Source of the DNA: an uncultured Candidatus Saccharibacteria bacterium
GTDB taxonomy: Bacteria; Patescibacteriota; Minisyncoccia; Phycocordibacterales; DATDWN01
Assembly: GCA_964426735.1 (NCBI GenBank)
Contig: CAYRRP010000001.1
Location: 157,226-221,225, forward strand
DNA: 64,000 nt
Direction: 5' to 3'
In this document: positions 19,853 to 29,436 of the stretch, piece after piece
Layout of the letters: each line of letters opens with the position of its first letter
How positions within the stretch are numbered: position 1 is the first letter of the stretch
The notes under the pieces: generated by a model
The model's input: the letters and a program-made list of their open reading frames with translations, nothing else
What the model was told of the DNA's origin: nothing
Databases searched by the model: none
Translations under genes and position numbers: made by a program

Positions 19853-21508
19853 ATGAAAAAATACACACTTTTTATCATTAGTCTGGTTATAGCTTTCACC
19901 TTTTTCGGATTACCTAAAGCACTCAATGCACAGTCATGTAGTGATGAGTGTGCAATGTTTGGTACATGTAAAGCAAATTCGCGATCGTGTGGTGGTGAAC
20001 AGACATGTACTGTCAACAGTACCTATACAAATGCTGATGGAGAATCATGTACGGAGTACTCATGTAGTTGTGACAGTACAACCGTACAAGGTACATCATA
20101 CAGTGGATGTGTTGGTTCGTATCTACAAAGCAATCTCGAGTGTCAGTATTATGGCTCATTTTGTCAGTATACTGACCCTGTTCCATATGGATATATTCGT
20201 ACAGAATGTACTACATCAGGTAATGAAGAAACACAGACAGATTTTTCTATCACTCTATCGCCAAACACACGAAGTATTGTAAATGGAGAAACAACCGTAT
20301 TTTCAGTTACTATTGCGCCAATCAGTAATGTAGACGGTCGTACTCTTTCGATGTCAGTATCCGGATGTCCTACAGGAGCTACATGTACTCTCAGTGGTGG
20401 GAATACCGCAACATTTGCAAACCCTGCAGTAGCTCTTACAAAAACACTGACGATCACTTCTACATCTGCTCAACCACACACATACACAATCACTGTAAGT
20501 GCCACAACAAACAACGTGACCCGCACCGCCACCGCCACCCTCATCGTAAGCTCAGGTATAAACGGAGCAACCTGTCTCTCTATCGACTCTCAAGTAGGAG
20601 GTGTATCAACATCATCATTCTCTCCAGGACAACAATTTACTCTTGTTGCACGTCTACGTAATACAGGTACTAAAATATGGGACAACGTATATACCAGTGC
20701 ATCAGATCAAGAACATTTCCTCGGAGCATGGAATCCTGGAGGTGATCCATGGGGTCCAGGTTCTGGCAGAACACGCCTCCCAAACGGTACTGCTATACCA
20801 CCCAATGGGGAAGTAACCTTTACACGTACACTAACTGCACCTTCTACACCAGGTACCTATGATTTTCAGTTTGCTATCGTTGAAGATGCTGTTCAATGGA
20901 TCACTGCACCTGGTGCTGTGTGTGTGAAGTCGGGAGGGGTGACGGTGGTATCAGGAAGTCCAATTACAGTAAGTTTGGCAGCATACTATCCATCGATCAC
21001 AAACTATCCAACCATCAGTGACAACAGTATTTACTGGACAACCACCGGCAATCCAGACTCATGTACGCCATCAGGATCAGCTCCATGGAATACTGCAGTG
21101 ATTAGTCCAATCAGTAGTGGCAACCAATATCAAGGAAATTACCCAGATACAGGCACATATACATACAACATCACCTGTACAAAAGCAGGTGTACCAAACG
21201 CAACAGCATCTGTCACTGTACCAGTATCGCGCGTATCTCAGTATACCCTTACCGCAATCAAGCCTATTGGTGGAAGAATTGTTACAGCTGATGCACATAT
21301 TTCTTGTGGATTTACATGCAGTCACCAGTATGCCGAGGGTTCATCAGTTATACTTCAAGCTATTCCTGATACTACATACTGGAGATTTGTAGGGTGGGGA
21401 GGAGCATGTAGTGGTCAGGGAACAGGGAATTGTACGGTTACAATGAACGGAAATGTAACCGTAAGTGCTCAATTCAAGCCTCGATCTCTCTTTTATCAAG
21501 AATTCTAG
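19853..21508 (+). CDS. Secreted Cys-rich modular surface protein, shorter paralogue of 15726-19331
   Basis: Signal peptide plus AQSCS, shared modules, ends YQEF. Confidence 0.85.
   Translation: MKKYTLFIISLVIAFTFFGLPKALNAQSCSDECAMFGTCKANSRSCGGEQTCTVNSTYTNADGESCTEYSCSCDSTTVQGTSYSGCVGSYLQSNLECQYYGSFCQYTDPVPYGYIRTECTTSGNEETQTDFSITLSPNTRSIVNGETTVFSVTIAPISNVDGRTLSMSVSGCPTGATCTLSGGNTATFANPAVALTKTLTITSTSAQPHTYTITVSATTNNVTRTATATLIVSSGINGATCLSIDSQVGGVSTSSFSPGQQFTLVARLRNTGTKIWDNVYTSASDQEHFLGAWNPGGDPWGPGSGRTRLPNGTAIPPNGEVTFTRTLTAPSTPGTYDFQFAIVEDAVQWITAPGAVCVKSGGVTVVSGSPITVSLAAYYPSITNYPTISDNSIYWTTTGNPDSCTPSGSAPWNTAVISPISSGNQYQGNYPDTGTYTYNITCTKAGVPNATASVTVPVSRVSQYTLTAIKPIGGRIVTADAHISCGFTCSHQYAEGSSVILQAIPDTTYWRFVGWGGACSGQGTGNCTVTMNGNVTVSAQFKPRSLFYQEF
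20525..20949 (+). repeat. 425-bp exact direct repeat, copy 2
   Basis: Identical to 16536-16960. Confidence 0.92.
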
Positions 21509-21643
21509 TACTGTAAGCAATTTCTTTCATAAGTGAGATAAAACCCCGCTTTTATCGCTCAGCGGGATTTTATATTACACGGCTCAATAAAGCCATATAA
21601 TATAAAAATTCTAAAAAAAGTCCTTGACAAAAAGGGTAGGGGT

Positions 21644-22222
21644 GTGCTAGAGTATAAGGGACTCAAACATCGTATGTTGAGTCTTTTCATTAGGGTCAAA
21701 CCACCCTTCATTCCGGATACGTCAGAATTACTACTTAAAAAACGTCTTATTTTAAATTTTACCGCTATTAGTTTGTTTATGGTTTTCTCAACAGTTGCAG
21801 GTGTTCACACTCCAGTAACTATTACAGAAGCTCCTACAATGGAAGTCCAAGTAAAAAACCAAGCTCTTAGAAAAGAAAATATAGAAAAGAAGATGTCTAC
21901 AGAAGAGTACGTGCGAAATCATTTCGCCGATACTCCGATTCTTGCAGAGATTGCACGATGTGAATCTCAATTTCGTCAGTTCGATAAGAACGGTGAAGTA
22001 TTGCGAGGTGTAGTAAACGATCGTGACGTCGGAGTAATGCAGATTAACGAGTATTATCACTTGGAGACTGCTGAAAAGACAAATATCGACATCTATACCC
22101 TTGAAGGAAACCTTGAGTACGGACGAAAACTTTATGAAAAGTTCGGTACCGATCCATGGAATGCTTCTAAACCTTGTTGGGGTAAAAATCTTGAACAGCT
22201 TGCTGTTGAAGTAAAAGCCTAA
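21644..22222 (+). CDS. Membrane-anchored lytic transglycosylase/lysozyme-like protein (start probably further downstream)
   Basis: IARCES catalytic Glu, GVMQIN, GN..YG..LY...G..PW..S..CW. Confidence 0.75.
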   Translation: MLEYKGLKHRMLSLFIRVKPPFIPDTSELLLKKRLILNFTAISLFMVFSTVAGVHTPVTITEAPTMEVQVKNQALRKENIEKKMSTEEYVRNHFADTPILAEIARCESQFRQFDKNGEVLRGVVNDRDVGVMQINEYYHLETAEKTNIDIYTLEGNLEYGRKLYEKFGTDPWNASKPCWGKNLEQLAVEVKA

Positions 22223-22233
22223 GCAAACTTAAA

Positions 22234-22306
22234 AACAAAAAACTCTCGAAAGGGAGTTTTTTGTTGTATATAAAACCCCCGCCTTCGTTAACAAACGAAA
22301 GCGGGG
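22234..22306. terminator. Two back-to-back terminators for convergent genes
   Basis: AACTCTC-GAAA-GGGAGTT plus T tract; CCCCGC...GCGGGG hairpin. Confidence 0.75.
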
Positions 22307-22318
22307 AAATCCATCTAC

Positions 22319-22804
22319 CTACTGAACAGTTTTCATGAATCTGTTGATGCTCGCAATGAGCTGGTCCTCAGAATACGGTTTTCTCTCTATCACACAGATA
22401 GTTCGATCATGCGGGAAAAAACTGTGCACATCTTCTTGAGCAGACCGGACATTCTGCGTGTAGATAATAGTAGGTATATGGTAGTTATAACGACGCAAGT
22501 ACCATAACAGATGCATCGATGCTTCATCGTCATACAAAGGATCCTCATCATGAAGCGTTGGAATCTTTTGAACAAGCTCATTACGTAAACCATTACCACT
22601 GACCATCTCTTGTATAAAAAAGGAATGCTCCATCACTAGAATGTCTGGTGAAGAAATAGGGATGATATGGGCAACAGCTTCGTCTAAGCTGTTGAGTGGG
22701 ACAATTTCAGCACCAACAAAAGCTTCCTCAAGAACTTTCACAATCTGAGAGATTTCACCGGGGTTAAAAACCCCAACAACCATAATTTTTTTCTTTTTCG
22801 ACAT
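22319..22804 (-). CDS. Atypical receiver(CheY)-like protein
   Basis: KKKIMVV, PDILVME, IPTIIYT, RKPY..QL pattern; canonical Asp residues not conserved; SD GAGGAG. Confidence 0.5.
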   Translation of the reverse strand: MSKKKKIMVVGVFNPGEISQIVKVLEEAFVGAEIVPLNSLDEAVAHIIPISSPDILVMEHSFFIQEMVSGNGLRNELVQKIPTLHDEDPLYDDEASMHLLWYLRRYNYHIPTIIYTQNVRSAQEDVHSFFPHDRTICVIERKPYSEDQLIASINRFMKTVQ

Positions 22805-23176
22805 ACTTTGTGCTCCTCTGTTATTTATATCATGTCAGCTTATATACGCAACATACATAAAAAACAATTATCTAGCGTGCATTCCTATGCGGGGGACCTT
22901 AGTAGTACATGTCGCACAATATATCTTTTGTACATGCTACGCCTGAGTAAATACACTTTAATTTAAATCATTTTGGATTTTAAAATCTGGGATTAATATA
23001 TTTATATATAAAAATAATCCCACTCTCCCCTAAAGGTGGAACTCTTTTTTCTTCTCTTTTTATTTGTACCCTTTTATTAATATTTCCTATTTTTGCTTGC
23101 CTCAAAATTTCTGTTCCCGATAGGGAAGTCCCCTATTCTTTTTGACCAGATAGAGTACTTTAGTCCAAAAAAATTA

Positions 23177-24436
23177 CTACGCATTTTTTCCTGCCACATA
23201 TCCTGTAGTCCAACAAAGTTGCAATGAGAAGCCTCCGGATGGTCTATCTATATGGATCATATCTCCAGTAAGAAAAAGATTGTTGATGTTAGTAGATCGC
23301 ATAGTTTTGGTATCGATCTCTCGAATATCGACTCCACCATCGGCAACTACCGCTTTATCGAAACCAAGAAGCCCTGAAATTGACACCGGTAAGGCTTTGA
23401 GAAGTCGAACGATATCTTTACGCATCTCTTTGGTCACACTGTGTGTTTTTATTTCCGGATCTATATGTGGCAATAAGCCGAGAAGCACTCGTGATGTACC
23501 TTTTGGTGCAATCTCAGAAAACACATTTTTAAGTGCTTTGTTTTTATGTTCATCAAATATCTTAATAATATATTTTTCAAGTGTACCAAGATCTTTGTCA
23601 GGGTACGTATCTATACACAGCGTCACCAATCCTTTATGAAGCAAATCAGCTACTTCTTTTGCAGAGTTTAAGATAAGAGGGCCAGAGAGACCAAAATGAG
23701 TACACAATACTTTACCTTTTTTCGTACACGCTTTAACTCCATCAACAAAAAACGAAAGTTTCACTGGATGCTCGAGAGAACCAAGTGAAATACCGGCGAG
23801 TTCTTTGACCCAAGCATCTTCCACCGTGATTGGTACGATGGTTGGTGTCGGTTCGTGTATCGTATGTCCAAGCGAAGCGAGCCATCCAAACCCATCTCCA
23901 GTTGACCCAGTTTCAGGGTGGGAGAGTCCTCCTGTTGCGATCACCACAGACTCCCCTTCAAACACTCCATTTTTTGTAATTATTTTTGAAATATTTTTTT
24001 CTTTAATTTCAAGTGAATATACCGGATTATCTGTCACCACCTTCACGTTATTTTCTTTCAAGAAATTAATTAACGTATTACACACATCAAGTGCTTTTTC
24101 TGACTTTGGAAATGCTCTTTTTCGTGCTTCCACAAAAAGGGGAAGTCCCCTACCCTCAAAAAATTCAAATGTTTCTTTTACACCAAATATTGAAAAAGGA
24201 GAATACAAAAAATCTTTCGCTTCTTTATACTGTGAAAGAAGCGTATGAATATCTCGCTCATCGTTGGTGATATTACACCTTCCCCCTCCGGTGATTCGGA
24301 GTTTTTCTCCCAGGCGTTTATTTTTCTCGATCAAAAGCACACGTTTTCCACGTGACCCTGCTACACCTGCAGCCATCATACCTGACGCTCCTCCACCGAT
24401 AACCACCACATCAAATTTTTCTTGAATAGTACTCAT
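23177..24436 (-). CDS. HI0933/BaiN-family flavoprotein
   Basis: GGGASG, TGGGRCNITN, ATGG.S.P.TGSTGDG, GGFSLQ. Confidence 0.93.
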   Translation of the reverse strand: MSTIQEKFDVVVIGGGASGMMAAGVAGSRGKRVLLIEKNKRLGEKLRITGGGRCNITNDERDIHTLLSQYKEAKDFLYSPFSIFGVKETFEFFEGRGLPLFVEARKRAFPKSEKALDVCNTLINFLKENNVKVVTDNPVYSLEIKEKNISKIITKNGVFEGESVVIATGGLSHPETGSTGDGFGWLASLGHTIHEPTPTIVPITVEDAWVKELAGISLGSLEHPVKLSFFVDGVKACTKKGKVLCTHFGLSGPLILNSAKEVADLLHKGLVTLCIDTYPDKDLGTLEKYIIKIFDEHKNKALKNVFSEIAPKGTSRVLLGLLPHIDPEIKTHSVTKEMRKDIVRLLKALPVSISGLLGFDKAVVADGGVDIREIDTKTMRSTNINNLFLTGDMIHIDRPSGGFSLQLCWTTGYVAGKNA

Positions 24437-24444
24437 GCGACATG

Positions 24445-24849
24445 TTACCAATTAAGAACTGTAATCGTGAGCTGAAGTGCTGTTGCAAAACACACCCACA
24501 GAAGATACGGAATATTGATCCGTGCCACCCAAGGTATCCGACCCTGTGTGATACGTATCGCCCAAATCAAGGTTCCAAGGACGAGTAGAATATCAATCGA
24601 TGCAAACGGTAGGTTGTTGAGTCCAAACTGTATCGGTGTAAATGCGAGATTGAAAATAATATTGAGTGCAAAAGGGAGAGCTACTTTTCCCGGCAATCTT
24701 TTTTTGAAAAACTGTACAAACACATACCCAAAAGAAATCGCAATAAGGATATAAAGCACTGTCCACACAGGCCCAAAAATCCATGAAGGTGGCGCCCAGC
24801 TTGGCTGTATCCATTCCATATACTGAGTGTAGTTTTGCATAAAGTACAA
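24445..24849 (-). CDS. tspO: TspO/MBR tryptophan-rich sensory protein
   Basis: PSWAPPSWIFGPVWTVLY, PYLLWV.FA. Confidence 0.9.
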   Translation of the reverse strand: MYFMQNYTQYMEWIQPSWAPPSWIFGPVWTVLYILIAISFGYVFVQFFKKRLPGKVALPFALNIIFNLAFTPIQFGLNNLPFASIDILLVLGTLIWAIRITQGRIPWVARINIPYLLWVCFATALQLTITVLNW

Positions 24850-24884
24850 AAAACAGAGGATATCCTCTGTTACATTATGAATAA

Positions 24885-25286
24885 TTATTCTGTTGTCACA
24901 CCGTCAAAGTCCGCCTCATTTTCCATCGCTTCAGTTTTTGTTGCTCGAACAATACCATCTTTGTGATGAGAAGGAGCGTAGATTGTGTAAAATTTTAATG
25001 ATTCAGAGTCTGATGTATTGATAACATTGTGTTCTGTCCCTGCAGGTACTACGATCGCATCACCATCAGTTACTTCATACTCAGTCTCACCTACCACCAC
25101 TTTTCCTTTCCCAGCATCAAATCGGAAAAACTGATCATTCTCCTCGTGTACCTCTGAGCCGATATCCTCACCAGGGAGCAGTGACATAAGCACAAGCTGC
25201 ATATGCTTTCCGGTATACAAAACATGACGAAAGTCTGTATTATCTTTTGTTAAATCTTCAATATGCCCAAAGTATCCTTTTTTCAT
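24885..25286 (-). CDS. Cupin domain protein
   Basis: QLVLMSL.PGEDIG.EVH, VPAGTEHNV. Confidence 0.9.
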   Translation of the reverse strand: MKKGYFGHIEDLTKDNTDFRHVLYTGKHMQLVLMSLLPGEDIGSEVHEENDQFFRFDAGKGKVVVGETEYEVTDGDAIVVPAGTEHNVINTSDSESLKFYTIYAPSHHKDGIVRATKTEAMENEADFDGVTTE

Positions 25287-25298
25287 AGATATATATAA

Positions 25299-25838
25299 TT
25301 AACTCTTAATTTCTGTAAACGTAACGTTTGTAGGGAGTACAAACTTTGATTCATCAACACTCCAATCTTGGCAGTCATAATCACCGATCTGTGATGCATT
25401 GAAACTGTATGTTCCTGAAGTACCTGTATCAACCACAGCATCTCCTCCCACTACTTCCACAACTTTTGCTTTAAAACCTTTACCTGCCATAAGAGAAGAC
25501 CATGTGTACGTAAAGTTATCACGTACAATCATCGATGTATCAACTTTCATACCTTGCACTGTTGTTGAGAATTCTCCACGAATTCGATCTTTATCGATAA
25601 ATACAGTACCCTTGCTTGTCATATCACCTACATACTGGTCGACTGTACACTGATACGAACCTCCTTGTTTTAGAAGTTCACTAAATGCCATTTTTTTACC
25701 TGCTGGCTGGGTTCCTCCCGCAAGACTACTTGCATCTTCTACTACAGGAGTAGCATCTTTTCCTGTATACATATACACACCACCTCCGATCACTACCAAC
25801 ACCGCGAGGATTATCCCCATTATTTTTGTATTCATCAT
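25299..25838 (-). CDS. Membrane-anchored hypothetical protein
   Basis: N-terminal TM; C-terminal YDC..W.VD.SKF.LP..V.F. Confidence 0.8.
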   Translation of the reverse strand: MMNTKIMGIILAVLVVIGGGVYMYTGKDATPVVEDASSLAGGTQPAGKKMAFSELLKQGGSYQCTVDQYVGDMTSKGTVFIDKDRIRGEFSTTVQGMKVDTSMIVRDNFTYTWSSLMAGKGFKAKVVEVVGGDAVVDTGTSGTYSFNASQIGDYDCQDWSVDESKFVLPTNVTFTEIKS

Positions 25839-25860
25839 ATGCATCTAGTATACCAAAAAA

Positions 25861-26565
25861 TTAGCTATTTAAGTAGTATTCAAGTGTATACATCCAATCA
25901 ACATCATCTTCTCCACTCTCACGTTTTTGTTTGAGAAGCCATTCGAGATATCCGCGATCGGTTTGCACCACCTCAGCAATCATCTTGTCTTTATATTTTC
26001 CAAAATTAAATTTTTTATAGAGCGACGGCACACTCGAAATCTCAATCATTTTTTGTATCGCAGAATCTTCGTCACCTGTTGTTTCTTGTATTTTTGAAAG
26101 GAGTCTTTGAAACACTGCATAGAGAACATGTACATCACCTTCTGCATCATGTGCATTTCCTGACACTTCGAGATCAAGATAATACCGAAGATACTGAAGA
26201 TTGTACTCTGGGATTATTCCCCCACTATCGAGATGTCGAGCCACTCGAAGCGTACAGATAAATTTCGGAATTTCCATACCTTCTCGCTTGAGCATTTCAA
26301 GATCAAACAAAGCGTTATGCGCTACCAGAACACCTGTTGAAAGAAGTGTTTGGAGTGTATAAGCAAACTCACTCCCAATAAAAGGCTGCTTGTCTGCAAG
26401 CATTTTGTTAGTGATATGTGTAATACTCATTGATTTGACCGACATCGGTAGAGGAGGTTTAAAATATCCAACCTTTACCTCATCACCGACTCGATAACAC
26501 ACCTGAGCGAGCCGATCAGTTTTTTCAATCCCTGTTGTTTCAGTATCAAGAAAAATAAGTTGCAT
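25861..26565 (-). CDS. DEDDh 3'-5' exonuclease (DnaQ/ExoX-like)
   Basis: DTETTG, AHNA.FD, AHDAEGD, C-terminal FGKYK...D.GYLEWL. Confidence 0.9.
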   Translation of the reverse strand: MQLIFLDTETTGIEKTDRLAQVCYRVGDEVKVGYFKPPLPMSVKSMSITHITNKMLADKQPFIGSEFAYTLQTLLSTGVLVAHNALFDLEMLKREGMEIPKFICTLRVARHLDSGGIIPEYNLQYLRYYLDLEVSGNAHDAEGDVHVLYAVFQRLLSKIQETTGDEDSAIQKMIEISSVPSLYKKFNFGKYKDKMIAEVVQTDRGYLEWLLKQKRESGEDDVDWMYTLEYYLNS

Positions 26566-26652
26566 ATAGACAGTATACTTGCTTTTTGTATTTAAAAAAA
26601 GAAAAACCACCACCCGCCGGTGGTCTTTCCGGTTGGTTGGTGGTGGTTTGGG

Positions 26653-26889
26653 TCACTTCGCCTTGGGAGGCGGTGTGACCGGTCGATATGTACACGGAGC
26701 AAGCACATCGTCTGGGTCGCAGTGCAACCCAAACCCCTGTAGCCGAGCTGGCTGCTCGACTTTTCTGACTGGAACTGGCGTCTTGCCGAATTGAGAAAAC
26801 TTCGGCTCACCAATCAAACACCAGAGAAACCCCGCGATTCCAAAAAACAGTATGACCCACGAAAGAGGATCTTTTACTTTTACTTTCAT
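26653..26889 (-). CDS. Small membrane-anchored orphan
   Basis: SD AAGGAG; TM helix; terminator at 26604-26650. Confidence 0.6.
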   Translation of the reverse strand: MKVKVKDPLSWVILFFGIAGFLWCLIGEPKFSQFGKTPVPVRKVEQPARLQGFGLHCDPDDVLAPCTYRPVTPPPKAK

Positions 26890-26909
26890 TTTCTCTCCTT
26901 TTGTTACAC

Positions 26910-27098
26910 TCAGAGACCTAAATACTTGGCCGTCGCCGAGGCGACGAACGCCAAAATCGGGTACGGACACAGGAAAAGGGGTATCAGGAGTGTACGCTCT
27001 GGCTCTTTCAGACGCGTATGAAAAGCGACAATTACTGTCGACAAAATCAAAATTGTTGTCAGGAAAGCTCCTATTACAAAAAAAACAGCTGAGATCAT
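26910..27098 (-). CDS. Small two-TM orphan
   Basis: SD GGGAGG; TTGACA at 27144-27139. Confidence 0.55.
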   Translation of the reverse strand: MISAVFFVIGAFLTTILILSTVIVAFHTRLKEPERTLLIPLFLCPYPILAFVASATAKYLGL

Positions 27099-27190
27099 TT
27101 GATCCCTCCCATACATACAGTACCATACTTTATATATATGTCAAAACTCTTAAAACTTTTCTTTTTATAGCATATATGTTATCTTACATA

Positions 27191-27342
27191 CTGCACATGC
27201 AGGACATGTGCTCGTGGGAAATTTCAACACTCCCGCGATAACCCGCAACGTGAGACCTCGAAGTTTGAGGTCTCACTCCACCACTACGCAACGCCTCAGG
27301 ATCCATCTTCCAATCACTGAGGCCTTGCTTGGTGGTTTTTTG
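27191..27342 (+). ncRNA. Candidate structured small RNA
   Basis: Four successive stems ending in a T tract; TGT-TATCTT -10 upstream. Confidence 0.45.
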
Positions 27343-27383
27343 TTTCAACTAACTTCGAATGCACTGAGGAAGTACTTTCTCAT

Positions 27384-28298
27384 TTACCGAAACACAGCTT
27401 TGCCACCATTTTTAAGTACAAATACAAGCTCTCCTTTAGAAGTAAACTCGAAACTCACTGCATTTTCAAAAATCTTCTGAAAGACACTTTCTTGAGAACC
27501 ATCGCAATACATGAGGGTTGAAATCATTTTACTAAACATAATTTTACTTCCTGTCACTGCATAGTTTCCACCAAGTCCATTACAATCAGTTGTTGCTCCA
27601 AACGTTCCATCTGCCTTAAACGTTACACTAAATACACCATCTTTTTTAGGAAATGTCTGACCATCCGCAGTCGTAAATACACTGACCCAATTCCACTTTT
27701 TCATATCCAGCTTCATCACTTTTGGATCCGCTTCACCTTCAAAATTTTGCACTACTTCGCCAAATTGCAATGTCGCAGGATCGAGTTTCAACCAAAGACT
27801 TTTCCCAAGAGATGGCCGTACAGAAAAATCTTCACCAGGCTTTCGTACTGCATAATTTACCACCACAATACTTCCCTCCCCTTTGTTGGTACTCTGTGGA
27901 GCGATGCGATCACCGATAAAAGTTGCTTGTGTACCGACATATCCATCAGGTGTATTAAGCGCACCTGCTCCATAGTAAAAAGTTCCACTTCCACCGGTCT
28001 CTTGTGTGAGAAGGGAAAAAATATCTTCTCGTCCATCACCATTTAAATCAGTGGTAAGTTCATTACCAAAATATCGAGTGACCACTTTTGCACTTGAGTT
28101 TGGTATCGCTACTTCGGACACTCCGTCTTTCAAGGTGACCATCTCACCATTTACTGAATATGTTGCATTCTTCGGATCAGTCACCACTTCTTTGATAGCA
28201 GGCTCACCCTGCTTTTCATTGTAAATGAATTTATTTAATGCAAAAAACCCACCGACCAAAACCGCGATTGCTATGAGTATGTAAATTATTGTTTTCAT
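27384..28298 (-). CDS. Membrane-anchored META-domain protein
   Basis: GGSGTFYY, GDRIAPQ, TDCN..GG.Y, STLMYC. Confidence 0.8.
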   Translation of the reverse strand: MKTIIYILIAIAVLVGGFFALNKFIYNEKQGEPAIKEVVTDPKNATYSVNGEMVTLKDGVSEVAIPNSSAKVVTRYFGNELTTDLNGDGREDIFSLLTQETGGSGTFYYGAGALNTPDGYVGTQATFIGDRIAPQSTNKGEGSIVVVNYAVRKPGEDFSVRPSLGKSLWLKLDPATLQFGEVVQNFEGEADPKVMKLDMKKWNWVSVFTTADGQTFPKKDGVFSVTFKADGTFGATTDCNGLGGNYAVTGSKIMFSKMISTLMYCDGSQESVFQKIFENAVSFEFTSKGELVFVLKNGGKAVFR

Positions 28299-28489
28299 AT
28301 GATTGTATGTACAGCCAACTGTCCAGACTTACCGGAAAGTTATTATATAAATATTAGACTACCTTTTCTAATTTCATATTGAATTATATCATAGTCAACT
28401 TATATTTTTTATCACACACGTTACTTGGAATAAATAAATATATGTTGTATAATATACCTTAGGTGTAAAATTTAGTTACGGAGGTCCTT

Positions 28490-29374
28490 ATGGACAAGAG
28501 TATATTGATCGTTGAAAAACCCACACTGACCGAAACCTCGGCAAATGAAGACATCTGGCTGAATCAGAGTAATTTGGAGTTGGCGACATATGCAGCTCAA
28601 TATCTGGGCTATACAAAGCTTTCGGATAGGGTTGCTGCACGTCAAACCGATTATCACAAAAAAGTCGAGGTTTTTAACCAGACGAATCGATTACCTAAAG
28701 CCTTGTTGGCTGCAGAAATCGATACTTTCTCATTGGACTCAGTGAGTAAATACCAAAATACAATGATCCGACAAGCTTGGATGAAGTTCATTCTTAATCC
28801 AGGAGAGTGCTATATGTGGGCCCATGTGTACTTCTTGACGCCAGTCATAGCAACCCTCATGTTTCTACTTGGCTGGCTCAATGAATGGCAGTCGGTTCTA
28901 CTGGCGACACTATTTCAGTTACCACTAGCACGTTCCATAACAAAAGAGTTGGCTTCATACTGGAAGGAAGATAAAGGGTTTCTACTATGGGCTTCCTGTC
29001 TTGCCCTGTCTCCAATTACGAGCCTGATCCTTGTAGTCCTAGGCTACGGAAAAGGCTGGTCTGCTGTTACTTTCATTGCCGCTCTTTTTTGTGTGTTTTG
29101 TTTCTACGGTGAAGCTATCAAGCAACTCAGAAACACTAAAATTCACTGGGTGCGAATTCCAGTCAAGTCATACAACGAAGAAATTCCTCTTTTCGTGATC
29201 AGCAAGATGAGGCAGATTCACGAACTGTGTCCGTCAGCGGAGTTTTTTGTTGAAAAACTAGAGGCAGATATTTATCTGCCCGACCCGTTCCTTGTTGTAA
29301 CAAACCCACCCGTAAGACAAGAATTCTACGTTGAGGTTTGGGATGAACCGAAGTTTGAAGCAAAACATACGTAG
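28490..29374 (+). CDS. Membrane hypothetical protein (stand-alone cassette)
   Basis: About 4 TM helices; SD GGAGG; terminator at 29382-29416. Confidence 0.75.
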   Translation: MDKSILIVEKPTLTETSANEDIWLNQSNLELATYAAQYLGYTKLSDRVAARQTDYHKKVEVFNQTNRLPKALLAAEIDTFSLDSVSKYQNTMIRQAWMKFILNPGECYMWAHVYFLTPVIATLMFLLGWLNEWQSVLLATLFQLPLARSITKELASYWKEDKGFLLWASCLALSPITSLILVVLGYGKGWSAVTFIAALFCVFCFYGEAIKQLRNTKIHWVRIPVKSYNEEIPLFVISKMRQIHELCPSAEFFVEKLEADIYLPDPFLVVTNPPVRQEFYVEVWDEPKFEAKHT

Positions 29375-29436
29375 TTATCGAAGGTCTGAGTGGTGATAAC
29401 ACCACTCAGGCCTTTTACTTTACATAAAAAGTCTCT

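Noticed and set aside
15726-21508. Diversity-generating retroelement (TR/VR) explanation for the repeats
   Set aside because: No reverse transcriptase in the window, all copies are coding, and differences include many non-adenine positions.
22805-23176. Possible ncRNA in the long spacer (GTAGTACATG/CATGCTAC and GGGATTA/TAATCCC stems)
   Set aside because: Only isolated AT-rich stems, with no clear promoter-terminator unit.
22222-23177. Replication terminus at the switch from + to - gene orientation
   Set aside because: No dif-like site recognised and GC skew cannot be computed here; an inversion explains it equally well.
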